Assembly: GCA_951406725.2 (NCBI GenBank)
Contig: OX597820.1
Span: 12,276,001-12,340,000, forward strand
Length of the DNA: 64,000 bases
Reading direction: 5' to 3'
DNA from: Octopus vulgaris
Taxonomy: Eukaryota
The notes beneath the pieces were generated by a model. That model made no database searches. It had not been told where the DNA came from and saw only the letters and a list, made by a program, of their open reading frames with translations. Each line of letters opens with the position of its first letter. Within the stretch, counting starts at the first letter, position 1. The position numbers and the translations under genes were made by a program. Below, piece after piece: positions 38,747-52,396 of this stretch.

Positions 38747-39630
38747 CACGTTGCGGTGAATAAAGTGTCATCTAAATAACGCAAATATGAAAATAACTCT
38801 TGGTATCTACTTTTAACAGATATATTTAGCAAAATTTCATAAAAAATATCTTGAAATACTAAAGAGTAAATGTATTTAATAAAATCGCCATTGGCTTCAG
38901 TCACGGCCTCCAGACGACTTTGGAATCTCCTGCATCTTCTCTGGACAGTCTCCTTGTTAAAGTTCGTGAATGCTGCCATAATCCTTGCTTTCAGTTCATT
39001 TTTGGTGTTACACAAAGTTTTGTTGGTCTCTCGATCAACTGCGCTTCACACATAATAACGAAGGGGGTTGCAGTCTGGGGAGTTAGGTGGCCAGATGTTA
39101 GAGGTGATGTGGTCGCAGAAATTGTCTGACATCCACGACTGGGTCCTCCTCCTTGTGTGGCCTGGTGCAGAGTCCTGTTGTCAGGGTCCTTCAGTAGCCA
39201 CGTTCTTGACCCAGGCCAGCACTATCTCCTCCAGACACTTCATGTAGGCCTCCGTGTCGATTCTGAGGCCGTGTGGGAAGATGAATAGAGGTATAACGAC
39301 GCCATCACTAGTGATCACTCCAAACACCATGATGTTGACTGGATGTTTTATCTTTATCACTCTCGGTACATGTCCTCAGATTGCGCTGTCCTCAAATTTA
39401 CACCCGAACACTCTGAAATACACATATTGGAGGTATCGGTGCGAATGTCAAGAAGTACAGCATGTCGTCACCAAATGTCTGGTAGAATGGATTGCGTCGT
39501 GGTGCTGATTTCCTCACAGACAGTGCCCAACTGACCCTACTACACTGTATAGTCTCCAAATCAACACAAACAATGCGCATGCGCGAAATCAAAGATAAAA
39601 ACTTTTCGACAATTTACCCATCGTATCCTG
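38747..39630 (-). mobile_element. Internally deleted maT (DD37D)-like transposon, copy 2
   Basis: Minus strand reads QQDSAPGHTRRR, WPPNSPDCNP and NTKNELKARIMAAFTNFNKETVQRRCRRFQSRLEAV. TIRs are CACGTTGCGGTGAATAAAGTGTC and (minus strand) CAGGATACGATGGGTAAATTGTC. Confidence 0.9.
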
Positions 39631-39704
39631 CGTATACATCCATCCATCAATCCACACATGTATATATATCTTATATACACTTATACATTCATTGTATATA
39701 TTTG

Positions 39705-39752
<48 letters not shown>

Positions 39753-40489
39753 CATACATCTATATGTATGTATCTATGCATGAATGTATGTATATATGTG
39801 TGTATATTACATACCAGCAAAATGTTTTGAGTGTTAATGGAGGATTGAAAAAATGATTCACAATAGACTTACGCTACTATGGTTGCAGTCACGTCTATAA
39901 TCTGAGAAAGAAATCTAAAACACCCAAATCGGATTTAAAATACAAATATACGCTTGCTCAAATGTCGATTAATCTCACACAAATATGATATGCTTGAAAA
40001 GGAACATAAGTGAGTATTCAAGCACTCGCATTTGATTATCTCTCTCATAAATCACGTGTAATTCCAATCACATTTTTCGCAGAAGCTAGTCAAGTACAGT
40101 ACTTGCATGAATTAACTATATAAAATAAAGTCCAGAAGTTGTTAAAATTCAGTGAGTTGCCAAGTATATTATCCTTGCTATAAATATTGCCCAATTCGTC
40201 ACTGTCTAGTTATATGATTTATTTTAAATTTCTTTCTTTTTTCCTTTTTTCTCATTCTAATCAAGCCTCTAAAAAATTCCCCACACACATATACACACAC
40301 ATACATACACACATGCACATACACACATGCACATACACACACATAGATTCAAAATAACAAAAGAACATTATCTTCCCCATTCAACTCCTGATTCTTTTCG
40401 ACTAAAACCATAATGAAAGCGAAATGAAAGCGCTAAATAAACAATTATACGAAATTTCCTTTTACTTAATATCTACGTATCTGTCTGCT

Positions 40490-40494
40490 GTCTG

Positions 40495-40569
<75 letters not shown>

Positions 40570-40700
40570 GCCTGTCTGTCTGTCTGTTTATCTACCTACC
40601 TACCTACCTACCTACCTACCTACCTACCTACCTACCTACCTACCTACCTACCTACCTACCTATCTATCTATCTATCGATCGATCGATCGATAGATAGATA
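40490..40700. repeat. Compound tetranucleotide microsatellite (TCTA)n(TCTG)n(CCTA)n(GATA)n
   Basis: Directly visible; one of dozens of (TA)n, (CA)n, (GA)n, (TATG)n and (GATA)n tracts in the window. Confidence 0.95.
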
Positions 40701-43700
40701 AAAATATAAATTTTTACTTGCATGGTCTCTAATAATGCATTAATGTCTTCTGTCCCTCTCCCTCTTCCTCTCTCCCCTCTCTCCCTCCCCATCTCTCTCC
40801 TTCCCATCTCTCTCCTTCCCCACTCCCTCCCCCGTCTCCCACCCCCTCTCTCTATATATAGATAGATAGAGAAAGAGGGTGAGAGAGAGAGATCACAAAA
40901 GACGGCGTTATTCATGAATAATGATAGTAATTTCATTTGAATTTTGTGTGTGCTTGTTGCTGGGTGTTTATTGAGAAAAGTATGATATAACTAGAGATTA
41001 TGTTACATAACCTGACTTCTACACTCGAGTGAATTTTCAGAATAGAATCAATGAAAATGTAGCAACCGCAATGTGCCGTTCTAATCTAGATCATCCCACT
41101 TATGCTATTGACGCAAAGGTGGTTACGTTTTTAAGTGTCTTTCATAAGCTATGTAACACAAGTTAAGAGCCACATGAATAGGTTAATGTGTCTTAACTTG
41201 TGTTCGTTATATTGATATCAATATTTCTTTTTAATGCTTAGTATACTTAAGCATACAAAAGTCATGTATTCAATTTCCAACCATTTTGCTTTATATTCTA
41301 ACCAAGATTGATTTTTTCCGCTATGATTTTCGAAAAATGTAGACACTGTTAAAACTAAATGCTTAGTAATAATCCTTTCTACTCTAGGTACAAGGTCCAT
41401 TGAATCCTAATAATATCGACAGGGAAAAAACAATGTTATTTTTGTAAATGTATATTCATTCATTGATAACTATTTCTCGCATAACTTGTTCTTCATTATA
41501 GTTACATATACTAATTTTTAGTCTTATTTTTCATTTGATGTCTCATTTGTTTAGTAGAAGTTGCGTGGGATACTATTACTAGAAGTTCAAGAAGTACATT
41601 TATAATATATAACTGTATGTTTTGCTCTAATAAATTAGCATTATAGAAAGAAAGAAATTATACCATTCACGAGCGTTATTTTAAAATCTTGCATTCAAAA
41701 AGAACTTATATAATTAGTACCTACAGTCAGACCTGAAAAGAGATATGGGTTGTTTATTTGGCATAGCCCCAAGATTTTGAGAAGGGATTTTTTCTGCCCT
41801 CTGTTACAGGTAAGAAGGGACTCTTGGGTGAAGAATTAACTTTTTAACGAATTGTTCCATTTTAAGTTTCTTCTGTTTCTTGTATGTAAATTATGCCCCC
41901 TATGTGTGTGCTTGGCATAAATCACACATTACTTAAAGACTACGTTAAAACGTGTTCCTACATTTTATATCTTGCCTGGATTCATTAACAGTTGAAATCA
42001 GCTTTTACATACTCTTCTCAGGCCTGACTTCAGAGCTCAACGCCTTTATTGCTTTGGTCAATATATCAACCATTTAAGGTGAGGAGAAAATGTAGTACAT
42101 CGCAAGCGAAAAAACAACAAAACTTTTCATCGTGTCTTTTACCTTTTGGGACTGAAGTTTCCCCCCCAGTCCATTCCGTCATAGGTCATGCCAGTGTCAC
42201 ATGGTATAAACTCTGATGTAAACAATCTTGGTCTTATCTCTGAGACTGTTTTTACATTAATGATCGTCTTGGTGCAATCTCTAAAAAAAAAAAAACACAC
42301 TGTTTACAGTTGACACTAATTTTGCTTTTTCATTAACCTTTCGTACACATGACTCATCCAAACATATCAAAACATCTTGCATGAGTTGAGAGAATAGGGT
42401 ATCCACTATGCATTATTCGGCATGCTAGAAATTGCACCTAAATCCCTAATTGACTAATAAGGAAATTTGAATAATAATCTTTCCAACACATTCTGATTAG
42501 TTAGTATTCTAAAATTTAAGAATATGTTTGTTGATGAAGTGCTATTAAAATTCATAAACGTATCTCAGTCTATAGAAGATGAAGAAAATAAATTATGTGA
42601 GGAAACAATTCCTACTTCTTGATAGAAGATGGCAATTATCGTCAATTAACATTTTGTGAAATTTTCTAGAGAACACATTTGATAATTAACTTACCAATAT
42701 TACAAGTTAACAGTAATTTCAAATAGTTATGTTGAAATAGAATATTAAAATAAAGAGGTTCAATTTAGTTAGGAAACTACAAAAATATAGAAAACGAGAA
42801 CGGTCTATTGTACCAAACATTTAAACTTTTAAATTTACAAAACATCAAAATATACTATTGTTGCTATGTACATAAATATATAAGGAGTAACACATACATG
42901 CATACAAATATGAACAGTTAGCATTTTTGAATTTCTATTATCTTTCTGATTCTCACAATAAACTTGAAATGGTACTATAAGATATTCGATGCGCAAAATT
43001 ACATACAAACTAAATTTCGTGACAAAGGAACATGCTCAATTATATTGAGCTCTGAATATTATTGGTAGCTATATTATCGACCAAGAGGCGATACAAAATC
43101 AGTTATGATAAGAATTGTGTTGCAGCTAAGTAAACAGCTTAAATATATAAAAATATATAGTAATACTGATAAAAATATCAAGTTTCATTGGTGCCAAGGC
43201 TATGTGGTTAGGAAATTCTTTTGATAACTATATCGTGTACAATCCTGCTGTCCCAGAAAGACTTAATAAAGACTTGTGAATAAATTTCGCTGATGGGAAC
43301 TGTGTCACATCCTATTTGTGTTTCCATGTGATCGATTACCCAGCTCCACACCACTACTCTAAGCATTTCCGTGTTTGAATTAAGGCTTGGTTTTTCAGTG
43401 AGAAGATAATCGTCTTTGTAAAATATGTATGCAGTGTTGTTAAATGTTGACTGATACTACTCTAGTTTTAGAGTATTAAGCAATTTTCCTACGATGTGTT
43501 TATATCATATTAATAATGTTTAGCTCAGTTCATTTTATTATGGTTATTGGTATAATTAAATTCAATCAGTTATAGCAAATATAAATTCAAAAAAATTCCC
43601 CTTTGTAATCGAATTCCCGCGTACTACTTATCACTCAGGTAGTCTTGCTACAATATCGAATATAGTCCCTCTGTTATTATAACCGCATTTCTGCTTTAGA

Positions 43701-44028
43701 GTAATTCATCTGGTCAACTGTTCGAACGAGGATTAATGAATCTTAGTTTAGCTTAGTTTCCAGCCCCGCTTATTCCCCACTGAGCAAGAGAGGATGAGAG
43801 GTCTGCCATCGCAGTTGCAAACCCTAACAGATGTCTGCTCCCATGTAGATCCATATCTGCCAGGTCCTCTACCACAGTTCTCGATCACGTCTCTAAACAC
43901 TTCAAGATTTAGTTGGGAACTGGGTTCCAGAAAGAAGGGGAAGAGAGAGGAAGGTTCTCAATGGTCTATTCATGTACAAGTGTAGAACGTAGTCGAACAT
44001 TTTCGTTCATGTTTGGTGGAAAATGTTA

Positions 44029-44190
44029 GGTGCAGGAATGCATGTGTGGTAAGTGACTTGCTTATCAACCACATGGTTCCGGGTTCGGTCCCACTGCGTG
44101 GAACCTTGAGCAAGTGTTTTCTACTATAGCCTCGGGCCGACTAAAGCCTTTTGATTGGATTTGGTAGACGGAAACTGAAAGAAGCCCGTC

Positions 44191-44241
<51 letters not shown>

Positions 44242-44480
44242 CATACATTTGTATTTATGCATGTATGTATGTATGTATATGTTTGAGTGTCTGTGTTTGT
44301 CCCCGCTTTCATCGTTTGGCAACCAATGTTGGTGTGTTTACGTCCCTGTAACATAGCGGTTCGGCAAAATTGACCGATACAATAAGTACTAGGCTTACAA
44401 AGAATAAGTCCTTTGGTCGATTTGTTCGACTAAAGGCGGTGCTTCAGCACTGAAACAAGTAAAAGAATAAAAGAAAAAGA
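44029..44480 (+). mobile_element. CORE-type SINE (OR2-like)
   Basis: Same head, core, internal microsatellite and tail as 35938-36352. Confidence 0.9.
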
Positions 44481-45260
44481 ATATTAATGAATAACTGCAG
44501 AGATGATTTATTTGTCTGTATTAACCTTTTGAACTCTAACCCAGACAATTATTGAAGGGAAACGCAGCAAGTTGTTTGGTAGCACTGAGAACAAAAATAA
44601 CTGCATTGTATTTATATTTATATTCAACATGCCTCGTTACGAATTAAAATCACGGTGCATGAAATATATTAGCAATGTACTGAGTTGAATCCATATCTTC
44701 TAACACCTATCTCCCGAAAACATCAGTCCGGTGCCTGCTCGAAAGAAAATAGCGCTGAAATGTAAAATCTGTCTTTGAGAAATGAAATCTGAACACCTAG
44801 TTCAAGTTTGCCACAGATTGAATTACTTCAGTGCAGCATTCTGTCGAATATCATGACCTTGATAAATAAACATACTGTTGACTATTTACTGTGGATACAA
44901 ATGAAAAATATTCCAGTAAGGTTTATTGCAAAACTAAACATCTAATATTAATAAATTTGGTTTCTTTCGACACTTGGTTGAAGATGCTGTTTTCTAAACA
45001 AATGGATATGAAATATATAATCTACAATATTTCTTTTTTGACTCTGAAAAACTCAAAAACCACCTGCTGCAATAAAGATATATCTCTTAAGCGAAGCCGA
45101 GTAAAATGTTGCAGCTTGTAGAATTTTTATGATACACAAAAGTGTTCCTTAGAGCCACTTGTTTTATGAATCGTAAAACGAATTAGGACTACCAAACAAG
45201 CATAAAGAACATACGGAATGGGGTTAAGTCTACTACATCGACTCCAGTACTTCACTGGTA

Positions 45261-46800
45261 TTATTACTTTTACCTTAGCGAAGGCGGAGGTATTGTTTAC
45301 AGTCGTGTTTATTTGTTTGTTAGTTAGTACGTGGACAATATATCTCAAGAACTGCTGGATGGATTCGGATGAAACGTCCAGGGATATTTAGCCTTGTGTC
45401 TGGCACAAACTGATTAGTTTTTGTGATCGATCCCGTACATGGATTCTGTATTATTTTCCGTTTTTTTTTTACTTAATTTTTGAGAGCGGTTGGGTTCATT
45501 TTATAGTATTTTCGTTTGTGGGAGTAATCGAGTTTATTTCAGATATTCTCAGTTTAAAAATCATCTCTGGCACCGTCGAGAGTACGTTGGTGTTGTCGTT
45601 AGTGTTGTATATGAGTCAGTTGAGTTTGATGCGTGTACGCTCCATGTGACTACTGTTATTGTTAAACTGTTATATTACTAAATTGCTGGATTTAATGTTG
45701 CCTGGAATTGTTTGATTTTTGTTATCTGAATTTTTGTTTTTCTTCTCCATTTATGAGTGAAGTTGTAAATAATATTGTTATGGAGGGTAAACCAGTACAA
45801 GCGGACAGTTACGCTGCGTTGACTGGTAAAGGTCTAACAGCAGATAAACCTGCAAGTTAGAGAAATTATATTGGAAGAAACAGACTTCAGGAAGTATAAC
45901 GAACTATTGAGAAAGGAGGGAGACAGCCTGAGGTTGACGCCTCCTAAGGAAGTCGTAGAAAAAAAACCCAGAGAAGAACCATATTATATAGAACGCTGAA
46001 TATTGAAGCGGAAAAAGTGGAAATCGCAGCAGTGGAGGCGGTTGAGGAGTGTTTGAGAAAGGTTAAGGTTTCAACGACGTACTACACCAGAGGAAAAAAG
46101 TACAGAACAGTGGATAGGAAGAGAAGGGGAAATGAAAGAGAGATGATAGCAACACAGAATGAGAGGCAGACAGAGATAGAAATGCCAGCGACAGAGGAGG
46201 GGATTTGTGAGGAGAGAAGGAGAGTGACACCAAAAAGGAAAAACCAGAGACCAATGGTGCAATACACAAAAAGTGTAGAGATAGAGAAAAAGATTGCGAA
46301 GATGAAAAACGTTATAAGAGAGAAATTAGCGGTCAAAGAGAATGATGAAGGCTGGAAAGCTGTTTTGCTGGAAAAAGAAAGATGAGATAGATTGAAGGGG
46401 CTGTTTGGGGAAAGGATAGAGATGACAAGGATAGAGATTTGTTACGATGAATTGCTGCCGGCGGTGGCCTTCGAAGATTTAATGGAGTATATTTTATAAA
46501 TTGTGGCTTTGTGTGAATCTAATAAAAAAAAGAAGAAAACTAGCAGATACAAGAGTGATATTGAACTGTTTATAAATCTTCATTTAAAAACAGTAAAATG
46601 GAACTGCCTGCTTATGGCATTCCATCCTCATTTTTCATTATATACATAATTCATTCGATATGTATTTTTATGTACCCCATTGTATTGGGGTTTTTTTCTG
46701 TTTTTGTGTTGTCCCTTCTTTATAGAGGCCTTGTGCCTAATAAAAGAAACCAGGACGTTGACATTGTCTTGGCGGAGGTTTGCGCTCTCTGAGTGCTTTT
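45261..46800 (+). mobile_element. Helentron-associated non-autonomous element (DINE-1/HINE type) carrying a nested insert
   Basis: 5' TTATTAC..CCTT-AGCG-AAGGCGGAGGT hairpin, then a (TTTG)n tract. The 3' end has the subterminal repeat GGCGGAGGT, a GCGCTC-TCT-GAGTGC stem-loop and a T run. It interrupts a minus-strand Meta-like SINE (45215-45260 and 46815-46895). Confidence 0.8.
45598..46751 (+). mobile_element. Internally deleted LINE derivative (L1/Tx1-like 5' UTR, ORF1 start and 3' tail)
   Basis: ORF1-like start MEGKPVQADSYAALTGK, a Lys/Glu-rich broken frame and a tail ending CCTTGTGCCTAATAAAAGAAA. Flanked by decayed 17-bp direct repeats AGTACGTTGGTGTTGTC and AGGACGTTGACATTGTC. The clade call is tentative. 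Confidence 0.5.
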
Positions 46801-48319
46801 GTTTTTATTTAAATAGAACTAACAGCGTAAGGACGACCGAAACGCAGCTAAGCATGTTGCCCGGCCTGCCAACGATTCTGCCAGCTCACCGTCTTATCCC
46901 TCTTCGTAATAATTCCCAGGATTTTAGGTCATATTCTTATATTTTAATATATAGATTTCTGTTGTTTGAAGATAACTTTGGTAGCATACTCCAGCCTGTC
47001 GTTGCATCCTTAGTAATTTTCCAGGTTTCACCAATGTCGGATATGTTTCAATACTGGCAAGTGTTTTAATGCAATGCAGTTGCATATGCATTTAAAGTGG
47101 CCTCAGATATATAACATAGTCTAATATGCATTCGTGCAACGTCTTTTTCAGAATAGTGTTTGTTACTCTACAAATCTAATGCGTGAACCATACTTGAATG
47201 TCTCTCACATATCAAGGACTATTTCATTTCCTAAATCACATAGAACCACACACACACACACGCATACACACACAAACACATACACACACACATATTGCCA
47301 ATTGATGCATTAAAAAAACCCAAATCTACTTACTGATTGGCAACAATTCACTCATTTACACTTTACAACGAATATCCGACAAATACATGACTCACTCTAT
47401 ATTTTCTTTTCACTTCTATACCCTTAACTATTATTGCAAGTGTTTCTGCTTCAATAAGCTACCATTTTGCATACCAGTTTTACTTCACCCATCCAATCGA
47501 TTAACCTACCTATTGTTCTCTCTTCACTCTTCTGTCGTAATTTGTGAATCCTACTGTAAATACGTTACATAAAATTTTTCCCTCGATGTCAGTTCTATAA
47601 AAATCCTCTCATTATCCTCTTCTTTCACTCAATGCTGAAGTGCATAACACACCTGTTTCTCCTGTATGGTAGTGTTCCAAATGCTATGGGTACTTATTTG
47701 TATTCGAATCTGACCGAGTAAATCTTTAAAAAAAAATCATACCATCCAAATAACTTTGAATGATATTCAATACCGGCTACCGACATAAATTTTATTGCTT
47801 TTAAGTATATTAATATTTTTGCTGGAAAAAGAAAGAGGAGATAGATTGAAGGTGTTTGTTTGGGGAAAGGATACAGGCGTGTAATCAAGTAATGGTAGGT
47901 GTTAGTAGAATATAAAAACAGATCAAAACTCTGAAAATGTCGAAGTAGTTCAATGAAAATATATGGTATACATGTAAGATATGTAAATATATCTGGATAA
48001 GATGGGTCGCAATGTTTTCAGCTCCGCTTTATAGCTTGAGCAATTTAATGTATGGATACTTTTCAAAGTAACTTCGTATCATTTTGAAATGATCTAGCAT
48101 TAATAAAAATAACGAATAGTAAAATGACTGCTATGAATCAGATGCGATGGCAGCTTTCAAACTTTTGCGCCTCAATTCTTGTCTCAATTAGAGCTTCCTT
48201 TTCTAGAAAACTGCATTTGTGAAATTCCTTCCTTTAAAAGCACTAACATCGAACATCCTGGAATGTTCGATGGAACTAGCAAGGTCACCGCTTGCTTTAT
48301 TATGTAACTCTAGATACCG

Positions 48320-48515
48320 ATTTCAAATGTTTGCACAATGCCAGCCAGTTCGGGGGAGGGGTGCTAGTCGATTACCTCAGTGCTCAGCTGGTACTTATTT
48401 TATCCCTACCGAAAGGATGAAAGGTAATGACAACCTCGGCGGAATTTGAACTCAGAACGTAAAGACGGACGAAATGCCCCTAATAATGTTGTCCGTCGTG
48501 CCAACGATTCTGGAG
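48320..48515 (-). mobile_element. Decayed Meta-like SINE
   Basis: Contains CTGGTACTTATTTTATC..GAAAGGATGAAAGG..ACCTCGGCGGAATTTGAACTCAGAACG. Confidence 0.8.
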
Positions 48516-48586
48516 ATATTATGAACGATGTTACTCTTGTAGTTGTCACTGTTGATGTCACTATTACTATAGGCGGGAGGTTGTGA

Positions 48587-48818
48587 AGGCGGCGAGCTGG
48601 CAGAAACGTTAGCACGCCGGGCGAAATACGTAGCCGTATTTCGTCTGCCGTTACGTTGTGAGTTCAAATTCCGCCGAGGTCGACTTTGCCTTTCATCCTA
48701 TCAGGGTCGATAAAATAAGTACCAGTTACGCACTGGAGTCGATGTAATCGACTTAATCCGTTTGTCTGTCCTTGTTTGTCCCCTCTGTGTTTATCCCCTG
48801 GTGGGCAATAAAGAAACA
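48587..48818 (+). mobile_element. Full-length Meta-like SINE with a 16-bp TSD
   Basis: TATAGGCGGGAGGTTG (48568-48583) and TATAGTCGGGAGGTTG (48819-48834) flank a complete copy. Confidence 0.9.
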
Positions 48819-48877
48819 TATAGTCGGGAGGTTGCCTCCCCTGCTAATAGCATTACTGCTGCTGCTCTTATTATTAA

Positions 48878-49246
48878 CTAGCAGTATCGCCCGGCGTTGC
48901 TCGGGTTTGTAAGGGAAATAACTATAAAGAATTTTTAGAGAGTTATAGCCAAAAAATAGAAAAAAATGGAAAAAAAATTATGAGAGTTAAAAAGGTCGAG
49001 TGGCGTCCCCTAGACAGTCTGTGGTTTGTGTTTCTGATTCTCGACCCCATGTCGAATTTATCGATTTTTTTCAGAACTGGGGGAACTTTTCAAAATTTTC
49101 GCTGCGTTAGTTTTGAATTATGACATTGGGCTATGTGTGTGTCAAGTTTCATCAGAATCGGTTGAAAGCCATGGTCAGGGTGAGGGTACAACCTGACAGA
49201 CACACAGACACACACACAGACAAACTGCCGTTTATATATAGAGAGA
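48878..49246 (-). mobile_element. Non-autonomous Helitron
   Basis: Minus strand starts A|TCTCTCTATATATAAA and ends with the hairpin CCCGAGCAACGCCGGG then CTAG|T. No TSD. Confidence 0.85.
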
Positions 49247-49717
49247 TGTTTCTGCTTTGAAGCTGCTAATGTTTATGATTTTACTATTAATCATGGTGTT
49301 GCTATAACGTGATTACTATTATCTTTGTTTCCTCAAACTGTTACTTTCTTCATCCTACGTTTCTTCTCACTATTGCCATGATCTTATTTTTACTGCTGCT
49401 CCTGCTGATATCCTTGTTACGTTTACTATTTGCAGTGGATTGGAACTAGATTTTGTTGTCATTTTGCCATTCCCAGTTCACACACTAGCGTACTCTGATG
49501 TAATTATGCAGTTTTGTTTTGTATTGCTTGAAAGTCAACTATTACAAAGAAAATGTCTTCTTCCAACTGGAAAAGAATTAGAGTAGACATTTTTTTTCTT
49601 CTTAACTACATCGCCATTTCAATTCAAAAATTAAAAAAGGCTGTCACGAACATATAATTCAAACATTTCATACAACAAACAAAAACAAAAAATAAACTAA
49701 CAGCAAATAAGATAAGT

Positions 49718-49876
49718 GCAGGAGTCGCTTTATGGTAAGTAGCTTGCTTACCAACCACAAGGTACCGGGTTCGGTCTCACAGCGTGGCACTTTAGGCAAA
49801 TATCTCCCACTATAGCCTCGGGCCAAGCAAAGCCTTGTGAGTGGATTTGATAGACGGAAACAGAAAGAAACCTGTC

Positions 49877-49921
<45 letters not shown>

Positions 49922-49965
49922 TTTGTGTTCTTGTATTTGTTCCCCCACCATCGCTTGACAACCGA
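49718..49965 (+). mobile_element. CORE-type SINE, 3'-truncated
   Basis: Head, core and internal (TA)n are present; it ends near CATCGCTTGACAACCGA. Confidence 0.8.
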
Positions 49966-50167
49966 ATAAAAGAAGAAACATGCGTACATATTTTTTCACT
50001 TGTATTTCGCTGCCAAAGAGCCAAGAAATGTAATAATCATTTGTATAGTCACGTAGTTAAAAAAACACAACTTTGTATTTAAATAAGTACTTAAAAGAGA
50101 CTTATTTTAGCAATGCCGAAATAAGGAAAAGTAGTTTTGATCGAAGCTATGATTCAATAGCCATAGA

Positions 50168-50382
50168 GGCGACGAGCTGGTAGAATCGTTAGCAAGCCGG
50201 GCAAAAAGCATAGTGCTATTTCGCTCATCTTGACGTTATGAGTTCAAATTCTGCCGAGGTTGACTTTGCCTTTCCTCCTTTCGAAGTCAATAAAATAAGT
50301 ACCAGTTGAGCGCTGTGGTCACTGAAAGCGAGGTAACCTCTTTCCCGAAACTGCTGGTCTTGATGTCAAAATTTGAAATCAG
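50168..50382 (+). mobile_element. Meta-like SINE (older variant tail)
   Basis: Contains GGCGACGAGCTGG..GAGTTCAAATTC..GACTTTGCCTTTC..AAATAAGTACCAG..AAATTTGAAA. Confidence 0.8.
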
Positions 50383-50814
50383 TATACTAATATATATATA
50401 TACAAGTCCACACAACGTGGTGACGACCTTATATTAGACCATCGACAGCAGTACACAATTGTTATTATATCTGTGGGAAAGAATTTTACCTCGGAATGCA
50501 AAAAAAATATAACGCAATACTGCAAAGCATTTTGACTGTCACTCTAAAGTATCTATCACTCTGCACCTTGTAATAAAGTTAACCGTAATTATGATGTTTT
50601 CCCGGATAGTTTAGATTTATCATTGGCAGCAGAGAAATAATATGAACCCATCTGTTTATTGATCGATTTTCTTGTGTTCTTAAAAAGGTCATTGTATGTG
50701 CAGTGCTAGTCTCACCTTCAAAGGAGTCACGCACAGGCTGGTTTTTGCCTGGATAAACTCAATTACTTTCAGTGAGATGATAGTGTTTAAAATATATGAA
50801 TTTTAGATTTAATA

Positions 50815-51390
50815 TTCTTTTCTACTCTAGACACAGGGCCCGGGGGAGGGGGCCAGTCGATTAGATCGATCACAGTACGCAACTGGTTCTTAATTTATCG
50901 GACCCGAAAAGATGAATGGCAAAATCGACCTCGGTTCAATTTGAACCCCGAACGTAAAGTCAGGCGAAATACTCATTGCTTTACTAACCACAAGGGGCTA
51001 AACACAGAGAGATCAAACAAGGACAGACAAACGGATTAAGTCGATATTATCGACTCCAGTGCATACCTGGTACTTATATAATCAATCCCAAAAGGATGAA
51101 AGGCAAAGTCGACCTCGGCGGAATTTGAACTCAGAACGTAACGGCAGACGAAATACTTATTTCTTCACTAGACACGAGGGGCTAAACACAGAGAGAACAA
51201 ACAAGGACAGACAAACGGATTAAGTCGATTATATCGACCCTAGTGCGTAACTGGTACTTATTTAATCGACCCCGAATGGATGAAAGGCAAAGTCGACCTC
51301 GGTGGAATTTGAACTCAGAACGTAACGGCAGACGAAATACTGCTAAGCATTTCGCCCGGCGTGCTAACGTTTCTGCCAGCTCGCCGCCTT
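50815..51390 (-). mobile_element. Meta-like SINE head-to-tail trimer
   Basis: One head at the right end and three core repeats, with junctions at CGAAATAC (~50970 and ~51155). Confidence 0.85.
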
Positions 51391-51681
51391 ATTTTACATT
51401 TAATATTGATAGGAGAGGAATAATACGTCACACAGCCTGAAGAGTTTGACAGCTGAGGAATTTCAATGCAAAAAGAATCAGGCCATTTTACAGCATATTC
51501 GTAGGCTCTGTATCATTACTGCTCGCTCTTACTCTGAATTAATTCATTTAACAAGATATATTTTTATTAACACAATTTTCAGCCGCTTGACTGCATGAAT
51601 AGTATTAATTAAATCAACTTTTATAGCTTCTCTCTTTTTCCCCTCTCTCTCGTTTCCCCCTCTCTCTTCTCTTTCTCCCCC

Positions 51682-51832
<151 letters not shown>

Positions 51833-52396
51833 CACATCTCTGAACTTCTATGTACTTCTACACTTCTGGCAATGGATGTTTTTTTTATCTGAATGTATGA
51901 TACACAAAAGCAAAGCGTCCTCATCAAATGAAATATAATTGTACACATAAAATTTTCTATATAGATAATACATATATACATATTTAGAGTCATTTGCATT
52001 TGAGAGTAGTGCGTATACGAAGCATGTATCATTTACTGAATTGAAGGAAGATACAGATGATGTGAAGTGTCAGGTCCCTGAAAAAGTTTATAATGTGCGC
52101 ACACAATAGTGTTTAATTCATTGATTAGGGACTTTAGAAAATTTAACTTCACGTTTAAAATTGTGCTTTGAATATGTAATCGAACACGGACTTGCTTTGA
52201 ACATGCATTGAACATGACACTGCAGATAAAAATGTAGCATTTAACAAGGTTATTCTCCTATATCTAACTGGTGGAAAATAGCTCTTTACATATAATTCTA
52301 CCAATTTTGTTACGTTCAAATCTGTGGTGCTATTTACAGCTAAATTTATTTTATATATTCTTCTTTATTATAACTTAATAATCATTTCTTATATAT

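Noticed and set aside
41727-41809. Possible exon bounded by CTACAG and GTAAGA
   Set aside because: The polypyrimidine tract is weak, the peptide is not recognisable and no partner exons were found; RNA-seq would be needed.
48247-48272. 10-bp perfect hairpin CATCGAACAT/ATGTTCGATG
   Set aside because: It is short, isolated and has no supporting context; intrinsic terminators are not relevant in this eukaryotic DNA.
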